A stretch of 64,000 nucleotides of DNA from Rhizodiscina lignyota (taxonomy: Eukaryota): positions 682,001 through 746,000 of the forward strand of contig ML978131.1 in NCBI GenBank assembly GCA_010015805.1. The letters are read 5' to 3'. Below the pieces are notes generated by a model. That model saw only the letters and a list, made by a program, of their open reading frames with translations. It ran no database searches and was not told the origin of the DNA. The position numbers were made by a program, and so were the translations under genes. Every line of letters begins with the position of its first letter. Position 1 is the stretch's first letter. Of the stretch, positions 13,080-26,319 are shown in pieces.

Positions 13080-15757
13080 TCACATCAATGCAAAGCTCCT
13101 CATCGAACCATCCCCATCCTCTGCAGGAGTTGCCGCTCTCTTCCTCTCCCACTCAGCATACGCGCCTCGGCTTGGCCCGGCACCGTTCGGCTTCAGCGTG
13201 CCCTCTGACCCAGGACGACTCTCATCCAGACTCCTCTGGCCAATAGAGCTCATCCTGCGTCTCCGTCTATGACTGTCGTATGGAGATGCATCAAACGCCC
13301 CGTCCAGGTCGCCGTCATTGCTGATAGTCTTCCTGCCGCTCGCAGGCCGCTCGCTCGTCGAGATCTCGTAATTTTGGGCAACGGGTGGCGCCGTCCTAAA
13401 CCGGCGCCTCGGCTCGGCGCCCTCTTCATCAATCAGCACAACCATCCACACGCCTACGGCGCCGTTGTGTCCGAGCAATGGCGTGCAATGGATCCATCGC
13501 GTCCGGCCGACGTCTCCTTGGGCAGCAAAATTCGAATCGTTGAGCGCTTCTGCCGTGTAGCGAGCTCCGACGGGGGTTGGTAGCCAGCGGACTTTCGCAG
13601 TGACACCTCTTCCAGAAGCGAGTGCGGCTGTGAGCTCATCGCGGACGCGAGGAGAACCACCTATGCGGGCAAGGAAAGGTGACTGTAACATTCCAGGGAC
13701 GCGCAGTGAGGGCGAAGCGAACAGAATCCGGAGAGATGGATAGGGCCGGACAAGTAAATACTATCAAAAGTCAGTGTGAGCTCTGATTCAATGCGTCATA
13801 TCGGGGCAATGGGAACTCACATTCTGGTAAATACCCTGAAGCTTTCCGCTAGTCTTTGTAGGATTAAAGGTGACTCTGTTGATATTGTTGAGGTCGGGAG
13901 TAGGACTGGGCTCCTTCAGGAGCAATCTCGGCCGATGAGCATTGAAATTTTCCTCCATCTCTTCTTCTTGCTCTCTGTGCATCTTGCCGCCATATTTGCG
14001 CACGATATCCAGCTCAGTAGAATTCAGCATCTCACTCAGCTCTTGGAACTCGTCCTTCTTTTCTACTTCTTCGGGCTCTTCTCCATTGGCAACAGCTTCG
14101 TGCTTGATCAAGAGCTTCTGAAGAGCTTCCAGATCTGTGCAGTCCTTCACAAGACCTGAGACGTCCACTTGCGCGCCGATGAAGTATCGCAGCTTGCCTC
14201 GGGAGTCGAACAGTGGCGCGATCATTAAGAGGTTCATGAATGGCGAACCATCTCTTCGGTAGTTGAGAAAGACTTCGCTGATCTCTCTTTGTTCCTCAAG
14301 GGCGGCGCGTATGCGCTGAGTACTAAATGGGTTTGTGCGTGGGCCTTGCAAGAAGCGGCAATTCCGACCGATTGCATAGCTCACGCCGTACTGAGTCGTG
14401 CGGTGAAATTCTAAAAGAATTAGACCGATGCCATCACACCCTCAGAGAATTGAACTCACCTTCGGAAGCGAAAACGATGGGATTGTCTGGCCGCGATGGA
14501 TCTGTGAGGCAGAAGACTTCTGCCAAGCCTTCTGATGCGTCCCGTAGATGAGGAGGCAATGTACCAGTAATTCTCCTTTGTATACTGACACTGACGTATT
14601 GAATGAAGACGTGGGTGATGTACGCTGGTAGTTCGTCTTTAACTAAAGCGTCGAACGCGAGCTGTGACTTCTCTTCCAGAATAGAGTTCACTGTTGGCCG
14701 AGCGGGATGCTCTGTGAAATCAAACCCATGGATTGGCTCCAAAGCTTCGGCAACAGCGTTTGCATAATTAATTGCAGAAATAGCTTTGAGGGAGTCGAGG
14801 TAGTAAATGAGCATGGGTATGGCCTGCGGCCTTGACTTTGAGAGAAAACTGGTAAATCTCAGCATAAGAGATGGGTCGGCAAAGATTTCTGCCAGGTGCT
14901 CGCGGGAGAACATGAGCTCTGAGCGTCTCTCCAGGGAATAGACCTTCCAGTCGTCATGTCCGAGCACCACGAGGTCGAAGGACGCAGGATCATCCTCGAC
15001 CAGTGGAGTAAGCCGATCGGATTCCTCGATTGGCTTCGTCTGCAAAGGAGGAAGCTCACGATGCAGTGAAGATGCGGAAGTTTCGTAAGACGCCACCGAC
15101 TCCGCGTAGGAGCTCTTCTCGGCGAATGACTTTTCGCGAGACTCCGGGGTTGTAGGAACAGATGAGGCGCTTCTGCGCCGTCGCGGTGCCGGCATTATTG
15201 CGGAGCTGCAGCACACCGTTAATCTCGACAGGGATTTCACAATTTATGAGTCTTTCTTACCTCGTCCGGGAAGGGATGTGTATCCCCCGTCGTGATAGAT
15301 CCGGAGGTGGTGCAGCGCCAGATTCGTCATCCGAAGACGCAGGATGACTGCCCGAAGATACTTGGAGGGCGGAAATATGAGGCGAGGGTTGCTCTGATCT
15401 CTGTTGCCTTGGTGGTTGGTATTCCTTTGGAATATAACTGTCTGCGAAATCGTGGATGATTGGCTCGCCAGCTGCACTGCCAGCACCACTGTAAGCACTG
15501 TCCGAATCAACCTCGATTTTCGGAGTAGTTGGCGTTAATAGGGTTGCTCCATGTGCAACCCTAGCGGTCGGAGTGACAGAACCGTCGCCTGTCATGTTGT
15601 CTAGTCGTAGCCTGGTGGATTGACGTGATGCTGAGCGATCTGAATATTGCCTAGCAATAGATACTTGGGGATACTGCCGATACATAATGTCAGAAGAGTG
15701 ACTTGGGACAGGCGCGTAGGCCATGAAGCTATGGCGGCGACGATCCATGGTGTCCAT
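13080..15757 (-). CDS. RGS-LOV type blue-light sensor protein (RGS-like domain, LOV/PAS, C-terminal conserved domain); ~4 exons
   Basis: FCLTDPSRPDNPIVFASE, GRNCRFLQG with the photoactive Cys, NYRRDGSPFMNLL, YFIGAQVDV; upstream helical RGS-like region; canonical introns join the ORFs. Confidence 0.85.
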
Positions 15758-17220
15758 GGTGCTCTTGTAGTGAAATCAAAAATTACATGTGAGGGGATTG
15801 GACGACAAGATATATGTTTTTTTGGGATGTCATGCATCCTCATAAAGCACGGGGTATGACTGACTCGAGCTTGAAACGAAATGTCATGCAGAGCGGACGC
15901 TACACATAAACTTTTGGGACTTACTAGTGAGTACGCAGAGCGCATATCGCGCCCGTTAGCGGGATCTGGGGTTGCTCGTTTGGGTGAGTCCCGCCGCCCT
16001 GTGCTCCTTTCTGTGATCCCCGACTCGGGGGTGAAGACGAGAGGGGAAGGAAATCGACTCCAGCGCGCTTGAACGAGATGAATCGCGTGTGTACGAGCTC
16101 CTGTGGACTGGTTAATCTGTTCGATAGGCGAGGAGGAGTCGAGGCTCATAGATCAAGCCCTCAAATACGCGTTTGGTGCGACTCAGGCGGAAAGCTGCGT
16201 CCTGCAAAGTCAAACCCAGGCGACGTGCTGTCGGACAAGGCCAACCTCGCCGCCGGGGACCCCAAGCTGGAGACGAATCATACGGCAGCAACGTTGCAGC
16301 AAACAAAGGGTGCCGAGAATCAGAGACGGCGGACGCAGGAGGCTTGGGAGAGAGTCAAGATAGTTTTCCGGCGGCGTGAGGTCAGGCCAAAGCTCAAGCC
16401 ACGTCGCGTGGTTTGTTCGATGGTGGTCCAACGGCAACGGCGCTTTGGGGAAGACGAAACCAAGCGCAGAAGTCCAGCTGCACGCCACGGCGAGCAAAGC
16501 GGCGCTCGATACTGCGGCCAATGGGGAGTAGCAGTGCAATTGCTGTGTGGTTCCCGTACGTCACTATGGCAAGCGGATTACACACTTGCAGTAGGACAGC
16601 CACTAGTGCTTCGTGGCAGCTCATTTTCTGCATTTGCTATCGCACGAAAATTTCGCTTGCCCCTGAGCAAGCATTCATTCAACTCAATGCACCCATGCGA
16701 AGTTGCCAAACAGCTTCTTCGCTTCAAGGCATGCAACCTGCCAGGTCCCTTTTGCTTCTGCACGTTTCTCGCCATGCCCGTGCCATCCCCACAGCGGATC
16801 ACTTGCAGGGCCCAACGATCGCAAGTCGCTCCGGGCGCCACTATCAGTTTGCGGAATGCAGCTAGCGTAACGGATATGCTTTCGACAGCTCTGTCTTCCT
16901 GCGATTCATGGCAAAGATTGACAAATGAGCACGGCTCGACACCATTAAGCACGGTCTTCTTCATATTCCTAAAGGCCATTCTGGCCAGTGTCAATAGCGT
17001 CGAGTCTACGGGTATTCCCCTCGGGGAGCCCTAGTTTCAAAAGTCGCGTAGTATCCTTGCACCAGTGCACCTAGCATACGGACTTCAAACCGTGACTTGA
17101 GTTGGACTTCACGATACCCGAATACGATGACGGTCTCTCTTCCTTGTTGACAATCAAGTCTATTGACTCATAATTGCGATCTTATGTCCGTACTACGACC
17201 CGATTTTCGTATTGCTTCAT

Positions 17221-18273
17221 TCAACGAGACTCGCCATCAACCAAGAGTGCTTGTTGCTCCTCATCGTCCTCCTCTTCTTCATCCTCGCTGGTATCCTTGT
17301 CTGCGAGTCGTGCCTTTCGATACAATCTGAATTGGTAAGATTTAATTGCAACCCGAACCAGTGTTTGGAATGTCGGATTACTCACATGTAGTGCTGGACG
17401 CAGAAGATTATGTCGAAGAAGATGCTGACATTGCCGAGTAGAAACTTGACTGGATTACCAGAGATTCCACTCCAGTCCTTTTGCATAGAGCTGTCGATCA
17501 CAAGCTGGAGAATGGAAAATATGCCTCCGGTAAAGTCGAGTAGAATCTGTCCAATAGCCCAACCAACCGTGCTCTTCCGCTTGTAGTTGACCAGTACTTG
17601 GGGACAATATTTAATGACGGTGGCGACAATTTTGATGTAGCTGACGGCATAGATCTATTCAGGTTGTTAGGGACGCTTTGCAACCTTAGCGTCAGTAGTG
17701 CCGGTCCCAGCTTACCACATCGATCCAAGCCCAGCCATGTGGATCGTAACCTCCATCGTGACCGTTCAAGCGCACGATGTAGATGACGATGAGCACACCT
17801 ATAATGCTGCCCCAGAAAATGCCAAGGACAAATTTGCTGGCTCTCTGTTTTCGGCCGACGTCAAAGCCCCAGAGTTGGGGCCAAAATTGGCTGTACGTGA
17901 TGATGCATAGCAGGGCGCCGTGAACCGCGAAGACAAAATCGTTGAATCTCACAGTTGTCTCGGGAGACGTCGGATGCCGAAAGGCGTATTGCGACTTGAT
18001 CGTAGGTGAATAGAGGAAGGTCCCAGTTGAGACACTGTACGCGGCAAAGCCGAGCACGTTAAGAAAAGGGAAATCTACGGCAAGGCCATGGGTTGACTTT
18101 CGTTGCCAGTTCAAGAGGGGCTGCGGGTAGAAAGAGAGCGACCAGCACAAGAAGCTTTGGCGGGATTAGAAATACGAGCTGAACACACGACACATGAATC
18201 AAACATACTATGTCCAGCCAAGCAACCGTGAGAGGGCCCTCAAGAATATGACGCCCTCCCTGTCCGAAGTCAT
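17221..18273 (-). CDS. ERS1: Cystinosin/ERS1-like PQ-loop vacuolar cystine transporter; multi-exon
   Basis: [29 protein letters not shown], second PQ loop [26 protein letters not shown], acidic dileucine-like tail EEQQALL. Confidence 0.85.
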
Positions 18274-18792
18274 GGTGAAGCTTGAAGGAAGAAATTCAGA
18301 CGCCGATCCACGAGGGAAAGCTTAGCTCATGGCCAAGTCAACTGAAATCACGCAAAGCAGCTGACGGATCGTGTACTTGGCCTCATTACTCGCTTCTGCA
18401 TGCAAGAAGCCAGGTACCCGCGCGCATTCAAGGTTGGGGACCTTGGGGCGGCGGGCTGGAAGAGGCGTGGGGCTTTTCGGAAGTTTGCCGAATATTATGT
18501 AAGATGCCAAGGCATATCACGTGATGGGTTCACAACCTCACCTCCAACGGTGGTGATGTGCCCGTTCGTCCACCGGCATTGACAGAGTCGCGCATTAAGA
18601 CACGTCTTGCAAGTGCCTTGTCATCTGCTTTATAGTCTAAGGACTCATTGCTACACCTTGCGCGTACGTCTGCTGCCGACCAACCCTCCGTCAGAGCGCG
18701 ACTTCCCCACACTTCACTTCACACTTCAACCTGACACTGCGACGCATACTCATGCCAAGTCCCGAATAGGCGCAATTCTGCGCGCTGCAGAT

Positions 18793-21700
18793 ATGGCGCA
18801 TGCATCAGAGTCGCCAAAACGACCCTCTGGACGCGGTCCAGGACGACCACGCACGCGTCCGCCGACGGATTACAGCCCGCCACAGAAGAAGCGCAAATAC
18901 ATACCGGGAGGACCTGGTGGAGGAGGAAGATACGTGGATAATGATGAGAGCATAACACCTAGGGTCACAAGTGCATCTGGTGCATTCGGAGGAAGGAGTC
19001 GTTCATCGAGGAGCCAACGAGAACGTGCGCCACTGAGTGCCCGTTCGCCTACGGCAACAGCTTCTCGTCCACGACGCGACAACAGACCTGCACCGACGCC
19101 ACGATACAACTCTGCCGCAGAGGCTTCGGTGGCAATGGCGCGCGACGACAGTAAGCCCCGTGAAGAGAAGGGCTGGGAAGAATACCATCCTGATCTGGAC
19201 ATTGATGCTGACCTGACGGTCTTCTGCGCTGATGAGGTTGATGGACGTGTCAAACCTGCAGAGCTATCGGAAGCGTTGCAAGGCATCAACAATGACGCTA
19301 GCAGACCGTCAGTCAATGGATATACTCAAGTGCAAGATGAGAATGTGGTCCCCATAGAAGTTACTCCAACGCTGAAGATGGGAACTTCTCAAGGAGACGA
19401 AGACACCGTTCGGGTTGGAAACCCGTTGCTGATCACGCCTGTCAAGAAGCGACCGGGGCGCCCACCTCGTAGACCGGATTACATGCTCAGTGGCTTAGGC
19501 TCTCCTCCAACACCGCGCATCGAACCCTCCCAGATTAACAACAAGGATGAGAAGTTGAAGCTCACCAAGGCAATCTTCAAAACTGTTCAACCGTTTGAGA
19601 TTTTTGAGGCCTCTAAAGAGCACTCTGCAAAGAATTTTGTCGATCGCGCGCTGTCAAACGTTGGCTACCAGGAGACGGACCGAGTTCCAGAACCTGACAG
19701 ATTCATATATGTTCGTGGAGGTGAAGGCTCGATAGAGGAGGGACTTGACTTAGCTTTGGCACTCAGGGCAGATGATGAGGCTAATTCGAGCGGTGCCCTC
19801 AACACGAGGGCCGAGTACGACATGGACGAGCAGGATGAGAAATGGCTTGACGAAGTCAATGTACGAAGAAAAGAAGATCAGGTTGAAGTAATCAGACCTG
19901 GGGTTTTTGAATCTACGATGACGCAGATTGAAAAGGAGTGGCATGCACTGGAGAAAAGTGAGTTGCTCCTCATACCTGAGTTACTCGGCAAACACTAACG
20001 AAATATATCAGGGATTCCGAAATCAGTGCCGAAGCCACCCCAGACGCATCGGCCGCGGTCAAGTTCTGCGGCTGCTGTGAATGGTGAACCCGGATCCGGT
20101 GAAGAGCAAGATTCCAAGTGCGCAATATGCGACGATGGCGATTGCGAAAACACAAACGCAATTGTCTTCTGTGACGGATGCGATCTTGCGGTTCATCAAG
20201 AATGCTATGGAGTGCCATATATCCCGGAAGGACAGTGGCTTTGCCGCAAGTGCCAGCTGATTGGTCGGGGAAGCCCAGTGAGTGCACGCTAGTCCACAAA
20301 TGTCAAATTGATCTGCTGACAACGCGTAATAGTCGTGTATATTCTGTCCGCACGAAGATGGAGCATTCAAACAGACAAACAATTCTAAATGGGCGCACCT
20401 GCTTTGCGCTATCTGGATTCCAGAAGTCTCGCTCGGCAACCAAGCATTCATGGAGCCAGTCATGGATGTGGAGAAGGTTCCGAAGCAGCGATGGAAACTT
20501 GTAAGGCATTCTTCTTTCATCGATGAGGGAGTTAGACTAATCTGACACCACAGAACTGCTACATTTGCAATCAGAAAACCGGCGCTTGCATTCAATGCGG
20601 CAACAAGAGCTGCTTCGCCGCTTTTCACGTATCCTGCGCAAGAAAAGCGAAACTCTATCTCAAGATGAAAGCACAACACGGTGGTCCAGCCAGCCTTGAC
20701 GCGAGTGTCTTAAAGGCCTTTTGCGACAGGCACGTCCCTTCAGAATGGAAACGAGAGCACAATGTTCCAGAGGCTGTGGAGTACGCCAAGTGGTCATTCC
20801 GTGACATGTTTCGCGGGAAACGCTGGAGTGATGCGCAAAATGCGGCCTTGAACGCTGGAAATCAACAAGTGGCTCCTCAAGAGGAAGACATCGATGACGC
20901 CGCCGACGCAAAGAAGCGGAAGCGCGACAAGCCCCAAAAGAATATTTGGCGACTACCTTCTGGTGCTCCGATCATTCCACAGGTGGTATATGTGAAAATC
21001 GAGGCCTCACTGGTTCGGTTCAACGTTCGCAAGCGCAAAGAGTTTGCTGCCGAAGTTTGCAAATATTGGACGCTGAAGCGAGAGGCTCGGCGAGGAGCCG
21101 CGCTGCTCAAACGATTGCAGCTACAGCTAGACACATTCACGTCCATGGAGATCACTCGACGCGACTTTAAAGCCATGGGAGCGGCTGGCCGACCGAGGTT
21201 ACAACGACGCATCGAGTTTGCTGAGCTTCTAGAGCAAGACATGGAGAAGATCCTTCAACTGTGCGAGAAGGTCATGCAGCGGGAGAAACAGAAGCTGGAA
21301 GATGCAGAGATACTTCGAACTATTGTCGACAGTGTCTACTTCCCCATTCCACCACTTCTGTGGCCAATTCTTGAAAAGGCACAAATGTAAGATTTCCTTA
21401 TTCCCCCCTATAACCCAGATATCTCACTGTGATAGACTTGATGCCGGCCCTAAAGACGACGGCCCAAAATATTTCAAGAATGGCTTGAGGGACATCCAAA
21501 GAAAGCTCGAAGAACGGTCCTACACGTCTATCCTAATGTTCTCCAACGACCTGGAGCTGGTGTTCGCTGCTGCGATTGGCACTGACGTTCCGACCTCAGA
21601 CATTTTCTCCTCAGGCGATGTCGCTGTCCCACCTACACTAACTACAAAGCAAAAGGACATAAAAAAGGTTGCGAAGCGCATAAACAAAGGTATTCAACCG

Positions 21701-22600
21701 GCGATCGAGGATGCGCAGCGAAAAGAGGCCGACCTTACCGGTAAGCCATTTGAGGGTGAGCTCATCAATCTCGATGCTATGCTCGAGAGCAATCTCCGTG
21801 CGGTAAGGCATGGTTCGATGCTACCTTCGGTTACCGGCGAATCTGTTGACCATCCACACGAGATGGACCCCACCTCGCCGCAGAAACTGTTGGCAAATGG
21901 CGTTACCGAAGACTCTCATGCCGCAGCCATCGACTCTGAGACAGTAGAAGCTGGCCCAGAAGCTCAGTTGACCGACGGTGATGTAAACATGGAAGATGCG
22001 CCTGAACTTTCAGCTGATGGCGAGCACCGTGGAGAAACCCATGAAGGATTGAAGGACGAAACTCTCAGCAAGGATGAACATACCGATGACGCGATTATTC
22101 GCCTTCAGCTGGTGCCGGGAGCGGAGACAATACCAATTATCAATACAGATCCCGAGAGCAGTATCCTGAATGACAAGGCTGCTACAGGTAGCAGTACAAG
22201 CTCAACTGTCACTGCTCCTGCCCTCTCTGCTTCTGGGAGCACGAACCCTTCGACTCATCCCCCCGGTCCGCTCACCCCGCCCAACCAGGAGACTGACGTC
22301 CACAACGAAGAGCCACCTGCTCCACTTCAGCAAGGCGGTATCCCTTGGTATCTCGAAGCCTTCGAACCACGCGGCACTACAATTCACGAGGAGCGATGGG
22401 TTGGTCGGGATGTGATGCGGGACATGAGTGAAGACTTGAGTGAGATCGATGATGATGCGCTGGAGGAGATGATGGATAATGAGCATGCGGATGTGGATGG
22501 GAAGCATGTCAACGGCGTGAATGCTAACGGCAACTTGGTACCTCCGAATCCTCAGACTACGAGCAAGGCCGCCGTCAAGAGGAAGCGCAGGCTGAGATGA
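18793..22600 (+). CDS. NTO1: NuA3 HAT complex scaffold NTO1/BRPF1-like (EPL1, PHD, zinc-knuckle PHD, bromodomain-like); ~5 exons
   Basis: [89 protein letters not shown]. Confidence 0.9.
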
Positions 22601-23169
22601 TTTAAGACAAAGCTTCTGTTACCACTGCTGAACGGGATGTGTAAATCCGGGAAATTCATTCGGATGGCGTTAGGTGTTTGCAATTCTGGTTTTTGATGGC
22701 AATATGGGCTGGATGGTACTTGTCAAGGATAATGGTATCGTACGGCACTGATCACCGATCAGATTCTCGGATTACAGGCTGGAAGTAAGATAGCGAAGAA
22801 TAAGACATTTGCCCACTCGTGAATTTAGCAGAATCCGACAATGCAAGTGATGCGCATGCATGCCACGCGATCGATCGCGTCGGGTGCATTAACGGCCTTT
22901 TGCCAAGGCTGGCGCTAAGCCGCATTTGCCTTCCGTAGAACTTAACAGCTTTCTTCGCCTCACTTTTCTTACCCAACCTTCTCTCTCCGCTCAACACCAT
23001 CCCAATCATCCTGTTGACGCGTCGGAGGTTGCCTTTCTTCTTCTTTCTACCTTCCGAGCCTCCGGAATTTCTTTTTTCTTCACTTCAAAGCTCCGCGCCT
23101 CACTTCTGGTAAGGCGCAGGTGCTGAGGTGATCTCGCCGTTTTTCGCTCACTGCAGCAACACCTAAACA

Positions 23170-24392
23170 ATGAGCACAATGGAGTACGAAGCTCCTGAGC
23201 CGCGCCACTACGAAGGTCAGTGTTCTCCCAGCTGCTCCATGCTTATCAGATACCTAACGCATGTTCCACTCGCAGACGAGGACCGTGGCTACGATCGCGA
23301 GCGTAGTCGCTCTCCGCGTGAAGAGCGCAATGGTGACGCTGAGATGCGCGCTCGTAGCGCATCTCCGAACGGTCGCGACACTGGTGTTGACCGGTATGTT
23401 CTACCCAATATACTTCACACCACTTCATCTAACTTCCATTCAGCGCTCCACCTGCGGAAGACCGCGGTCAAGAGGACGGCGGCTCTATCAACCCTGGCTC
23501 CAACCTCTTTGTCACTGGCATCCACCCGCGTCTCACTGAGGAAGCCGTCACGCGTCTCTTCGAGAAGTACGGAAACGTTGAGAAGTGCCAGATCATGCGC
23601 GACCCTCATAGCGGTGACTCGCGTGGCTTCGGCTTTGTCAAGATGGTGACACCGGAGGAGGCTGATGCCGCGAAGGACGGCTTGCAAGGTGTCGTTCACG
23701 AGGGCAGGACGCTTAGCATCGAGAAGGCTCGCCGTGCACGCCCTCGCACTCCGACCCCGGGCAAGTACTATGGTCCTCCGAAGCGTGGTGAGCCTTGGTC
23801 CTATATGTACTTGATGCCACCTACTCACTAAATAGAAACAGACGACTTCCGTCGCCCTCCTCGTGGCGGTGGTAGCAGTGGTGGACGCTATGGCGGCCGC
23901 GATGGGTACGATGATCGTCGACGCGGTGATCGCCGCGGAGACGACTCGTACTATGGCGGCTATCGCGATAGGTACGACGATCGCTACAATGACCGCTACG
24001 AGGATCGTCGAGGCTACGGCGGACGAGACCGTGATGAGTATGGTGGCCGCGGTGTCGACCGATACGCCTCTGGACGTGACGACCGTTATGGCGGAGCCCG
24101 AGGTGCTGATGGAGCCCGCGGTGGTGGTGAAGGAGCCCGTGGTGGTGATCGTGGTGGTGATCGTGGCGGTGATGGAGCCCGTGGTGGTGATGGAGCTCGA
24201 GGTGGGGATGGAGCCCGAGGTGGCGATGATCGCCGCGGCTACTACGATCGCGCCCCGCGTGGTGGAGGTGGCTATTCTTCTAGCGGTGGCGGTGGTGGCG
24301 GCGGTGGTGGTGGTAGCTACAATGATGCACCTCCAGCTGAAGAGCGCGGCGGCTACGACGACCGAGGTGATTCACGATATTCGCGCTGGTAA
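23170..24392 (+). CDS. SR-like/Tra2-like RRM RNA-binding protein with RGG-rich tail; several introns
   Basis: RERSRSPR, NPGSNLFVTGI (RNP2), SRGFGFVKM (RNP1), EKARRARPRTPTPGKY, then RGG/YD-rich tail. Confidence 0.85.
24090..24235 (+). repeat. Coding tandem repeat (GARGGD/RGGD units) in the RRM protein tail
   Basis: Repeated ggagcccgtggtggtgat-like units visible in the DNA. Confidence 0.8.
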
Positions 24393-26319
24393 GCGCCCCA
24401 TTTGCTGACCCTTTCTAGACACCTCGAAGCGGTTCTGAGGATGTCAACTTCCAAAGTCTCAAGTCAACAACGGTTACTAAGCGACTCAACGAAACAGGTG
24501 ATTCTCAACTTCCATACACTCTAGGCCTGGCGAGGTCTTATACTTTCTTAATTGCTTTGTGGGCATTCGGCATACCGTACCGTGGCGATGTGCACTCACT
24601 CTCATACTCTCACGGTCAGTTCCTTTGCGGCAGGAGGAGCCTTCGGCTTCGATTTCGAAATCCGCGCGGCGGATCAACACAGACGGGTTGCTTTTGAATG
24701 GTATATTCTGACTTGCCGTCTCCGTCGCTTTCGAAGGCTTTTCTATCATGGGACACAAGTCGACACGACTACTACTACAAAAGTCTACTTCGGGTTTGCT
24801 TCAGCTATCAGTCACTTTGCGGTTCGGGGATCTTCATCATCCTCTCCTTCTCGAGGGGAAAACAAATCAGTCATGTCGTCACTTTCCCAGCGTGTACTAC
24901 TATATCCTCTGAATGCATTTCGGCAAATCTGGCAGTCAACCGTCACCACTCGAGGTAAACTTCAACCAAACATGCTCCAACCTGTAGACGATGTCGACAT
25001 CACATTATACCTGGTCGCTCTTGCACAATATCGCGACGTAACTTGAAAGCTTGGAGCCGTAAATGGTTCTTAGTCGCGGCACGCAACCTGGTGCTGCATT
25101 TTCGACCGCGCCATTTGTCACACCGTGATTTGCCGCCTTGAACATCATCACTATCGCCTCACTCTGCTCGACTCTCGCCACTACGTAAATTCGCTACATT
25201 CGATTATTAACGCATCAAAACAACATTGTACTGGTAAATTGCTGTCGCCGCGAAACGTAAAGTCGCTATTCGACAACACCGCCACTTCGCTTAAATCTCA
25301 CGCGCTCTGCCAGTGTACTACAACGAAGTATGTTCAACCATCCACCAAGGCTCTTTGCACGTCAGCTTCGCTCATACTCGAACCACGAAGAATTGGTGCA
25401 GTTGGTTCCCGTCGGGTCTGCGAAGTAGTGTCAATTCTCGGAGAGCACAATCGGGGGAGGGGGCGCGACTAACTCATTTTACTGACTAAAGCAGGAAGCA
25501 GACACAGACACCCAATCATACTTAATTGTTCGAGCGGATTCGGTCTGCCTACCGAAAAACTACTTTTGACAGGAGAATCATCCCAGAGCGTCCGATGCGA
25601 CGATACTCTAACACTGTTCCAGGAAGGCAACTGAAAAATGGGCTTGAAACAAGCGCACCTGCGACTGTACGCTCGCAATCTCGAAGGTTGATATAGGGAC
25701 ACGTTCATGTCATCCGTTCTTGACAATGCTGGCACATGATTGTCCCCGAATCGCTAATGGCATTGATTTTTTGTCTTGCTCACAGTTTGGAAAGTCTCGA
25801 GGATGAGACAGCACAGGAGAAGATTGATTCGGCTCTCCCTGCAGACTCCTATGCTTAGTTTCTGGCTACGCAATCGGAACATGAGATTCTGATTTCTTGC
25901 AGCCGATGTTTCAAAGAGTAAGTCGTTGCATGCGAGTGCTGCTACTGCTATATATTGATACTTCGGGCTTTTGAAGCAAACTTTGGTTCTAGACAGGTGA
26001 ACTCGAGAGTTAGGAATTAAGTTACCATTAGGAATAGATACAATTCGCGAAGAGACAGAATCTATATGCTGCTGCAGTTCGATAAACCTGATCAAATCGG
26101 TGCAGGGGTGCACCATCATGCCTACCAAATGCGGAAGTATGTTTTGCGGGGTCGGGGGCTGCTTCCAGCTTGACAACTTCACAAATTCGCCCTCAAATCA
26201 ACTCTCCGTACACCTCTGACCACACACAATCTAAGGCTGGCCAGTGTCCTGAATCCCAGCTCTACATTCTTCATCGTGTGTATCGTGGGAGATTTGCGAT
26301 AATCCAGTGGCAGTTACGC

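Noticed and set aside
16069..17034. 321-aa + strand ORF
   Set aside because: Non-ATG start, no recognisable motifs, composition unlike the real genes; lies in the upstream region of the RGS-LOV gene
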